Part shown: piece after piece, positions 1 through 6,538 of the stretch
Layout of the letters: each line of letters starts with the position of its first letter
Numbering within the stretch: the stretch's first letter is position 1
NCBI GenBank assembly: GCA_031409655.1
Contig: JANNXQ010000144.1
Location: 1 to 56,039 of the forward strand
DNA: 56,039 bases
From: Chthoniobacteraceae bacterium
Lineage (GTDB): Bacteria; Verrucomicrobiota; Verrucomicrobiia; Chthoniobacterales; Chthoniobacteraceae
Reading direction: 5' to 3'
Position numbers and translations under genes: made by a program
Notes under the pieces: generated by a model
The model's database searches: none
The model's input: the letters and a program-made list of their open reading frames with translations, nothing else
Told to the model about the DNA's origin: nothing

Positions 1-78
1 GCACCTCTCGTGACCGTGGACGGCAGGATTCTGGAGTATCCGCACGTCAAACTCCCTCCAGCGAACGCCGAAGGGTAA
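1..78 (+). CDS. 3' end of probable PIN-domain (VapC-like) toxin, truncated by window edge
   Basis: Frame 1 reads APLVTVDGRILEYPHVKLPPANAEG*; LVTxDxRILxYPHV resembles PIN-domain C-termini. Confidence 0.5.
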   Translation, partial: APLVTVDGRILEYPHVKLPPANAEG

Positions 79-382
79 GAGGTAAGAAACAAGCCGTCCG
101 CAGTCACATCTGGGTAGTGTGGTTCATCCGGGCCAGCCCGCACTGATCACGGTGCGAAGTGCGATAGTGTGGCGGCGCGTGCCCGAGCCAAACGCCTCCC
201 GGCCACGGCCTCAAAAAAAAATGCGGTCGTTTTGTAATGTTCGTCATCGACCGGGGTATAGCCCCACAGACACACCCATCTTCGCCCGCCGCTCTCACTC
301 TTTCGTCCTTCGTCCTTCCTCATCCCCCGCCTTCCACACTCACCACCACTTCAAACAACACACCACACCTGAAAGCCACCCT

Positions 383-2371
383 ATGAAACACATCCGCATC
401 CTCCTCGCCGCCCTCGGCTGCCTATGCTTCCTCACCACGGCCCTGCACGCGCAGGTGCCGCAGATCATCAACTACCAGGGCCGCGTCACCGTCGGCGCCA
501 CGAACTTCAATGGCACGGGCTCCTTCAAGTTTGCCCTCGTCCAGGGCGCCGGCCCCACCCTCCTGTGGAAGAACGACGGTTCCGCCGGCGATACGGAGCC
601 GGCCACCGCCGTTTCGCTCACCGTCACCAAGGGGCTCTACTCCGTGCTCCTTGGCGGCGCGGGCACCCCCATCGCCGCCAGCGTCTTCGCCAATGACGAC
701 GTGCGCCTGCGCGTGTGGTTCAATGACGGCACCAATGGCTCCCAGCTCGTCTCGCCCGACCAGCGCCTCGCGGCGGTGGGTTATGCGATGGTGGCGGCCG
801 GATTGCCAAACGTCACATCGAGCGGCGGACTTTATACTGTCCTCTCTGTCTCCAGCTACTTTGGGGGAGTTCGGAGCGTCGGCGACGGCGGAAGCTTTTC
901 GCTGTGGGACGCCGGAAACGCGGAGCGAGGCACGCTTGCCATCCCGCAGAGCGGAGGGCAATACAGCGCCGATGCAGCCGGTAATGACGTCGTGCTAAGG
1001 GCCGTCACCGGTAATCTCCTCCTCCAATCTGGAGCTGGCGGGGCGGCGATCTACGTCAAAACCGACAATAACGTCGGCATCGGCACAGCCACGCCGTTCA
1101 ATAAGCTCGATGTCGCGAACGGCGGGATCATCGGGAACAACTCTGGCGGCACCGGTAGTTCGGTGGACAACAGCGCACGGGGCGTCAAGGTGGGCTTCGG
1201 TTTCCAAAGTGCGGCCGGGGCGGGCGGGGACTTCCTCGGCATGAAGTCGGAAATCCTTCCATCTTTGTTAAACAGCGCCGTTAACGACGGCGACCTGGAG
1301 TTTTTCACTTGGGCGAATAACATCACTAACAGCAGGGAGGTGATGCGCATCAAAGGCAACGGCAACGTTGGCATCGGCACCGCCACGCCCTCCACCAAAC
1401 TGCAAGTCGCGGGCACCGTCACCGCCGCGGCCTTCGTCGGCGATGGCTCGGGGCTCACGAATGTACCGGCAAGCGCTTTGGTGGGTAACTTAAACCCGAA
1501 GAAGGTGGCGCTGCTCAAGTGGTGGCAAGCCACTCAGGCCAACAACCGATTCCCCGCGGGCAGTACCCCCCATGGAATCTGTTTCACCGGAGCCCACATC
1601 TGGGTGACGAACAGCAACAGCAACACCGTCACGGCTGTCGATGCTTCCAGCGGGCAATACATCACCACGATCAGTGTGGGCCAAGATCCCCAAGGCATCT
1701 GTTGCGACGGATCCAGCATCTGGGTGGCGAACGGCAACAGCAACAACGTGACGAAGATCCGCTTGACCGACGGGGCCGTCCTTGGGACGTACAGTGCGGG
1801 CGCTAGTCCCACAGGCATCTGTTTCGACGGATCCAGCATCTGGGTGTCGAACCGCAGCAGCGACTCCGTGACGAAGCTCAACGCGAACAACGGAGCCGTC
1901 CTCGGGACGTACAGTGTGGGCGATAATCCCAGCGGCATCTGTTTCGACGGATCCAGCATCTGGGTGTCGAACAACAGCAGCGACACCGTGACGAAGCTCA
2001 ACGCGAACAACGGGGCCGTCCTCGGGACTTACAGTGTGGACAATGCACCCACGGGCATCTGTTTCGACGGATCCAGCATCTGGGTGGCGAACTATGGCAG
2101 CGCCAGCGGCACCGTGATGAAGCTCAACGCGAGCACCGGGGCCGTCCTCGGGACGTACAGTATTGTGGGCCAATATCCCCAGGCCATCTGTTTCGACGGA
2201 TCGAGCATCTGGGTGCCGAGCTTCTTCGATGGCAGCGTGACGAAGCTCGATGCGAGGACCGGGGCCTTCCAAGGAACATTCGCCGCAGGCTCAGGCGCAT
2301 ACGGGATCTGTTTTGATGGGTCGAGCATCTGGGTGACTAACTACTACGAGGACACCGTGACGAAATTGTAA
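383..2371 (+). CDS. Secreted fibre/adhesin-like protein: signal peptide, YQGR N-domain, NVGIGT repeats, C-terminal 7-repeat beta-propeller (YVTN/NHL-like)
   Basis: ATG 383 gives MKHIRILLAALG..LHA|QVPQIINYQGRV; two NVGIGTATP motifs; seven G(A)IC(F/C)xGxxIWV repeats. Confidence 0.8.
   Translation: MKHIRILLAALGCLCFLTTALHAQVPQIINYQGRVTVGATNFNGTGSFKFALVQGAGPTLLWKNDGSAGDTEPATAVSLTVTKGLYSVLLGGAGTPIAASVFANDDVRLRVWFNDGTNGSQLVSPDQRLAAVGYAMVAAGLPNVTSSGGLYTVLSVSSYFGGVRSVGDGGSFSLWDAGNAERGTLAIPQSGGQYSADAAGNDVVLRAVTGNLLLQSGAGGAAIYVKTDNNVGIGTATPFNKLDVANGGIIGNNSGGTGSSVDNSARGVKVGFGFQSAAGAGGDFLGMKSEILPSLLNSAVNDGDLEFFTWANNITNSREVMRIKGNGNVGIGTATPSTKLQVAGTVTAAAFVGDGSGLTNVPASALVGNLNPKKVALLKWWQATQANNRFPAGSTPHGICFTGAHIWVTNSNSNTVTAVDASSGQYITTISVGQDPQGICCDGSSIWVANGNSNNVTKIRLTDGAVLGTYSAGASPTGICFDGSSIWVSNRSSDSVTKLNANNGAVLGTYSVGDNPSGICFDGSSIWVSNNSSDTVTKLNANNGAVLGTYSVDNAPTGICFDGSSIWVANYGSASGTVMKLNASTGAVLGTYSIVGQYPQAICFDGSSIWVPSFFDGSVTKLDARTGAFQGTFAAGSGAYGICFDGSSIWVTNYYEDTVTKL
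1574..2368 (+). repeat. Seven ~120-bp intragenic tandem repeats (propeller blades)
   Basis: GGCATCTGTTTCGACGGATCCAGCATCTGGGTG-like cores at 1574, 1694, 1814, 1934, 2054, 2183, 2303. Confidence 0.9.
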
Positions 2372-2418
2372 CCTGCACCCGACCCCGGTCCGCGTTCTGA
2401 CCGTCGCTGCTCCCCTTT

Positions 2419-2590
2419 GGCATCTGTGATGACGGAGCCGGCATCTGGGTGACGAACTTTAACCACGAGACCGTGCAGAAACGATGAACTCACCAATCGC
2501 GCATCACCGCACCATGCGCATCACCACGCCTGGGCAGTTAGTTGCCACCGTGGGCGGGTCGCTCTTCCTGCTCCCCGCCGCCGCTCCTGC
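2419..2590 (+). pseudogene. Relic: last blade and stop of a paralogous propeller gene, followed by an aborted signal-peptide-like start
   Basis: 2419-2487 reads GICDDGAGIWVTNFNHETVQKR*, matching the upstream gene end GICFDGSSIWVTNYYEDTVTKL*; then MRITTPGQLVATVGGSLFLLPAAA from 2514. Confidence 0.65.
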
Positions 2591-2630
2591 GCCGCCCCTC
2601 GCGAGCCCCCGGGCTCCGCGAGGGCGGGAT

Positions 2631-2897
2631 TTACGGAAAGTGGCGGTAGATTTCCTGGCGGTCGAGGCAGCGCACGAAAGTGACGGCGCCCTCCTCGAAG
2701 ACCACGCCCACGCGATGATTCCCCACGCGGATGCGGTAGTACTTACCCTTGGCCTCCAGCCGCTTGAGCTGGGGAATCTCCTGGAAAGTCCGGGCGGCTT
2801 CCACTTACTCGATCACCCGCTTGATCCGCCGCAACAGTCCGGCATCGGTGAGGGCCGCGAGATCCTCGGCGAACGCTTCGCGAAAGCGCGTCTTCAC
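2631..2897 (-). pseudogene. relE: RelE/ParE-family toxin with internal nonsense codon
   Basis: GTG 2897: MKTRFREAFAEDLAALTDAGLLRRIKRVIE*VEAARTFQEIPQLKRLEAKGKYYRIRVGNHRVGVVFEEGAVTFVRCLDRQEIYRHFP*; in-frame TAA at 2807-2805. Confidence 0.8.
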
Positions 2898-3097
2898 GCC
2901 CCGCGTGCGAGCTGCTGGAAAATCTTCCGGCGGCTGGTGAGCCGGGATTTTTCGCCCGCCTGGATGGCGCGAACCAAGGCCACATCCTCGAAGCTCTCAC
3001 GGACGGCGTCGCGCAGCAGGTCGCCGCGTTCCTCGAGGACCTCGGTGAGTGCGCTTTTGAGCAATCCCTTCAAGCGGCGTTCTTCGGTGGCAGTCAT
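2894..3097 (-). CDS. Putative antitoxin (67 aa)
   Basis: Small ORF whose stop overlaps the relE start (GTGA); EDVALVRAIQAGE resembles antitoxin C-termini. Confidence 0.7.
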   Translation of the reverse strand: MTATEERRLKGLLKSALTEVLEERGDLLRDAVRESFEDVALVRAIQAGEKSRLTSRRKIFQQLARGA

Positions 3098-3208
3098 GGG
3101 GGCAGGCTATGGAGGGATGGACGGTGAGTCAATTGCCGGCGGAGGCGAGACCCCGCCGCGATGGCAATCTCTGCATGAATTCGCAACCCCACTAAACCTC
3201 TCCAACCC

Positions 3209-4153
3209 ATGAAAACTCCATCCGTATTGATCCGCAGCACCCTTCTCGGCACCTTCCTCCTCCCCAGTCTGGCGGCGACCCTCCATGCCGGCCCGCGCAC
3301 GTCAGCCAGTTACACCATCGCCACCGACACCGCCGATGGCGGCGGCCGCCGCGCGACGAGTGCGAGCTACACGAATGACGGCAGCGCCGGCGGCATCACC
3401 GGCATCTCCACCGTGGCTGCGCCGGCCGAGACCGCGAAGCACGGCTACATCGGCCAGCTCTACGACGTGACGGGCCTGGTGCTCAGCGCCACGCCGGGCA
3501 CCTCGGTGAACGAAACCGCCACGCTGCAACTGAGCGCCGCGCAACTCCTCGACGATGCCACCACGCTCGCGGTGAGCGCCGCCTCCGTCACCTGGAGCGT
3601 GGCCGCCGGGCCGCTCACCGGGATCAACCCCAGCGGCCTCGCCACCGCCGGGATCGTCTATCAAGCCACCGCCGCCACCGCGCAGGGTAACTTTGCGGGT
3701 AACCTCAGCACCCTCGCGCTCACCGTGCTCAATGTGAACCTCGACAACTTCGGCGCCTACGCCGGCGACGCCATCGACGACGCCTGGCAGGTGCAATACT
3801 TCGGCCAGCCCCCGAATGCCAATGCCGGCCCGCTCGTGGACTTCGACCGCGACGGCCAGACCAACGCCTTCGAATACACCGCCGGGCTCGTGCCGACGGA
3901 TCCTGCCTCGCGGTTCAGCATCGCGATCGCGCCCGTCGCCGGCCAGCCTGGGAGGAAGAACATCATCTTCAACCCGCTGGTCCTCACCGGTGGCCGCAGC
4001 TATGCCGTAAAGTTCCGCCCCGACCTGGCGACCGGCACCTGGACGACGCTCACCGGCACGACCCAAAGCGACGCCGGCGCGCAACGCACCGTGACCGACC
4101 TGAACGCGACGGGTGCGAAGAAGTTCTACCAGGTGGAGATCACCAGACCGTAG
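3209..4153 (+). CDS. Secreted protein with DGGG-type N-domain and conserved C-terminal domain
   Basis: Signal peptide; SASYTIATDTADGGG; ends DFDRDGQTNAFEYTAGLVPTDPAS..KKFYQVEITRP. Confidence 0.8.
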   Translation: MKTPSVLIRSTLLGTFLLPSLAATLHAGPRTSASYTIATDTADGGGRRATSASYTNDGSAGGITGISTVAAPAETAKHGYIGQLYDVTGLVLSATPGTSVNETATLQLSAAQLLDDATTLAVSAASVTWSVAAGPLTGINPSGLATAGIVYQATAATAQGNFAGNLSTLALTVLNVNLDNFGAYAGDAIDDAWQVQYFGQPPNANAGPLVDFDRDGQTNAFEYTAGLVPTDPASRFSIAIAPVAGQPGRKNIIFNPLVLTGGRSYAVKFRPDLATGTWTTLTGTTQSDAGAQRTVTDLNATGAKKFYQVEITRP

Positions 4154-4256
4154 CGAAAGTAGCCATGGGCTTCAGCCCGTAAGGGCGTGGCCTGTCAATC
4201 ACGACGTTCAATCGGTCGCTGCCGCCTGGGTGGGCTGAACCCCGGTGCTACTTTCG
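4154..4256. repeat. GTAG-type REP doublet / hairpin
   Basis: CGAAAGTAGCCATGGGCTTCAGCCC (4154-4178) is an imperfect inverted repeat of 4232-4256. Confidence 0.7.
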
Positions 4257-4344
4257 GCGGCCCGAATAAGAATTGCCGGAAGGGCAAACTTTTTCGCGAA
4301 TGCCACCCAGCCCGCCAACGTCAACCGCATCCTCGACGGCACCG

Positions 4345-4478
4345 GGTGGAGCACGACGCTGCTCAATGGAAACTGGACCGCAATCCCCGACACCGGCAGC
4401 GGCGCCCAGCACACCTTTAGCCTCTCCATCGGCACCGGACCCAAGCTCTTCATGCGCCTGACGGTGACGGACCCGTAG
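4345..4478 (+). pseudogene. Orphan C-terminal-domain fragment of a secreted protein
   Basis: WSTTLLNGNWTAIPDTGSGAQHTFSLSIGTGPKLFMRLTVTDP* resembles the ..W..F(Y/F/M)R(L/V) termini of other genes here; no convincing start or signal peptide. Confidence 0.5.
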
Positions 4479-4498
4479 AGCGAGTGTGGCGGCAGACT

Positions 4499-4641
4499 CA
4501 AGGAGGGGCGCGCGTCCCGCCGCCCATCCCCTGCGGGCGCGGAGCCACATCAAGCGAATAACGCGGGTCATCGTCCGCTCCGGTCCGCGGATGTCACTCC
4601 GCCCCAGCAGGTGGCGGACGGCGGGACCGCGCCCCTCCTTG
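4499..4641. repeat. REP-like inverted repeat pair
   Basis: CAAGGAGGGGCGCGCGTCCCGCCGCC (from 4499) vs GGACGGCGGGACCGCGCCCCTCCTTG (4616-4641). Confidence 0.65.
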
Positions 4642-4691
4642 GGCGAGCGGCCCGCCGGCACCCTCGTTCTACCTCCGGCTGCGGCCCGCGC

Positions 4692-4978
4692 TTACGGCCC
4701 GCCGCGCAGAATCTCCGAAAACAACTCATCCACCACCGCGCGCCGTTCCGCATAAACACAGTGCGCGACACGTTCACCTCGCTCTGCAAAGCAGCGAACG
4801 ATGACCCGGTAGCTGCCCACGCGCAGGCGGACATATCCCGTCAGGTCCGCTTCCAGTTGCTTCAAGTCTCCCTTTTCCTCCTCCAATCCTCGCAAGCCTT
4901 CGCGCAGGCGTCGGCGCGGTTCCGAGGCCGGCGAACAAAGCCGGCGACCTCCGGGTTCAACTCAACCCTCGGCTTCAT
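4692..4978 (-). pseudogene. relE: RelE-family toxin, frameshifted
   Basis: ATG 4978 MKPRVELNPEVAGFVRR, frameshift near 4927, then SEPRRRLREGLRGLEEEKGDLKQLEADLTGYVRLRVGSYRVIV..; ATG-to-stop span 287 nt is not a multiple of 3. Confidence 0.75.
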
Positions 4979-5097
4979 CGAGGACCGACAGCGGCAGGTA
5001 TCTGCCTTTGCCGGATTGGTCCCGGCGAATGGCCCTCATCGCCGCCGGATTGGCCATCACCTCCATCGTCTCCAGCGGCGCTTCCATGCGCTCGCCG
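4962..5097 (-). pseudogene. C-terminal half of Phd/YefM-like antitoxin, N-terminus lost
   Basis: ERMEAPLETMEVMANPAAMRAIRRDQSGKGRYLPLSVLDEAEG*; abuts the stop of the DUF1501 gene and overlaps the toxin start. Confidence 0.6.
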
Positions 5098-6525
5098 CTA
5101 TGCGAAGAGATCCTTCGCCACATTCCCGTACACATCCGTGAGGCGGAAGTCGCGGCCGGCGTAGCGATAGGTGAGCTTTTCGTGATCGAGCCCGAGGGCG
5201 TGGAGCAGCGTGGCGTGGAGGTCGTGCATGTGGACTTTGTCCACGATGGCGTGGTGGCCGAATTCATCCGTCTCGCCGTAAGTGACGCCGCGTTTGAAGC
5301 CGCCGCCAGCCAGCCAGATCGAGAAGCCGGCGGGGTTGTGATCGCGGCCCGTGCCGTTCTTTTCCGCGTACGGCGTGCGGCCGAATTCCCCGCCCCACCA
5401 GACAATGGTGTCGTCGAGCAGGCCGCGTTGCTTCAGATCGGTGAGCAGGCCAGCGACGGGCTTGTCCACGGCCTTCGCGTGCTCGCCGTGTTTCTTCAAA
5501 TTCGAGTGCTGATCCCACGCGGGATTGTTTGAGTTGTCCGCGTAATTCACCTGGATGAAACGCACGCCGGACTCGGCCATGCGGCGCGCGAGCAGGCATT
5601 GGCGGCCGAAGTTGTCCGTCTCCTTTTCGCCGATGCCATAGAGCGCCTGCGTGTCCGGCGACTCGCTCATCACGTCGAGCACGGGTGGCGCGGCGCTCTG
5701 CATTTTCCACGCGAGTTCGTAGCTGTTGATCACCGCTTCGAGTTCGCTCTCGCCGGGCTTGGCGCGGAGTTGCTCGGCGTTGAGGTCGCGCAGCAGATCG
5801 AATTGCCGCCGCGCTTCCTCCGGCGAACGCGCGGGCTGGAGATTTCGGATACTGGACTCCACCGCGGGCACTCCGGCGCGTCCGATCGCGGTGCCTTGAT
5901 ACACGGCGGGGAGGAAGGCGTTGCCGTAATTGCGCGGCCCGCCGTTGCCGAGCGCGGGGCTCAGTGAGACAAAGCCGGGCAGGTTTTCATTCTCCGAGCC
6001 GAGGCCGTAGCTCACCCATGCGCCCATCGAAGGGCGGATGAAAGTGGTGGTGCCCGTGTGCAGGAAAAGGGTGGCCGGACCGTGCGCGATTCCTTCCGTG
6101 TGCATCGAGCGGATCACGCAGAGGTCGTCCGCGTGCTTCGCCATCTCGGGGAAAAGATCCGACGCCCAGAGCCCGCTCTGGCCGTGCTGCGCAAAGTTCC
6201 AGAGCGGTTTCATCACGCGCTGCTGCGGGCTCTTGCCGGTCTTCGCCAGACTCCGCAGATCGGCGAAGTCCATCATCTTCCCGTCGTCGCGATCGAGGCG
6301 CGGCTTGTAATCGAAGGAGTCCACATGGCTCACCCCGCCGGACATGAAGAGAAAGATGATGCGTTTCGCCCGAGGCGGAAAATGCGGCGCCTTGGGCGCG
6401 AGCGGATTTACAGCGGAAGTGGCGCGCGCCTTTTCCTGTGCCGCGAGACCGGCGAGGGCGAGATAGCCGAAACCGCAGCCGAGAGTCTGGAGCGCGGAGC
6501 GGCGGGTGAAGAGAGAGCTGTGCAT
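5098..6525 (-). CDS. DUF1501 family protein (Tat-like signal)
   Basis: TRRSAL..GFGYLALAGL; KRIIFLFMSGGVSHVDSFDYKP; GGEFGRTP; GRDHNP; RYAGRDFRLTDVYG. Confidence 0.9.
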   Translation of the reverse strand: MHSSLFTRRSALQTLGCGFGYLALAGLAAQEKARATSAVNPLAPKAPHFPPRAKRIIFLFMSGGVSHVDSFDYKPRLDRDDGKMMDFADLRSLAKTGKSPQQRVMKPLWNFAQHGQSGLWASDLFPEMAKHADDLCVIRSMHTEGIAHGPATLFLHTGTTTFIRPSMGAWVSYGLGSENENLPGFVSLSPALGNGGPRNYGNAFLPAVYQGTAIGRAGVPAVESSIRNLQPARSPEEARRQFDLLRDLNAEQLRAKPGESELEAVINSYELAWKMQSAAPPVLDVMSESPDTQALYGIGEKETDNFGRQCLLARRMAESGVRFIQVNYADNSNNPAWDQHSNLKKHGEHAKAVDKPVAGLLTDLKQRGLLDDTIVWWGGEFGRTPYAEKNGTGRDHNPAGFSIWLAGGGFKRGVTYGETDEFGHHAIVDKVHMHDLHATLLHALGLDHEKLTYRYAGRDFRLTDVYGNVAKDLFA

Positions 6526-6538
6526 GGCGGAGGGGCGC

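Noticed and set aside
119..382. Upstream extensions of ORFs in the track (119, 6711, 9177, 9703, 13271, 26875, 36427, 48802, 53775)
   Set aside because: Downstream ATGs give signal peptides, family-typical N-termini or stop/start coupling; the extensions overlap other genes or look non-coding.
1574..2487. Diversity-generating retroelement (orphan blade as template repeat; NNC-rich variable loops)
   Set aside because: Differences between 2419-2487 and the gene end are not confined to adenines, and no reverse transcriptase is in the window.
2805..2807. Programmed stop read-through or recoding in relE
   Set aside because: The codon is TAA, which ends many genes here; a simple nonsense mutation is more parsimonious given the neighbouring decay.
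2484..3212. 242-aa + strand ORF
   Set aside because: It is mostly the antisense shadow of the antitoxin/relE pair; only its first ~35 codons look like a relic.
1..5100. Integron cassette array (TA modules between variable genes)
   Set aside because: No recurring attC-like RYYYAAC..GTTRRRY sites or integrase recognised; the hairpins differ from each other and genes lie on both strands.
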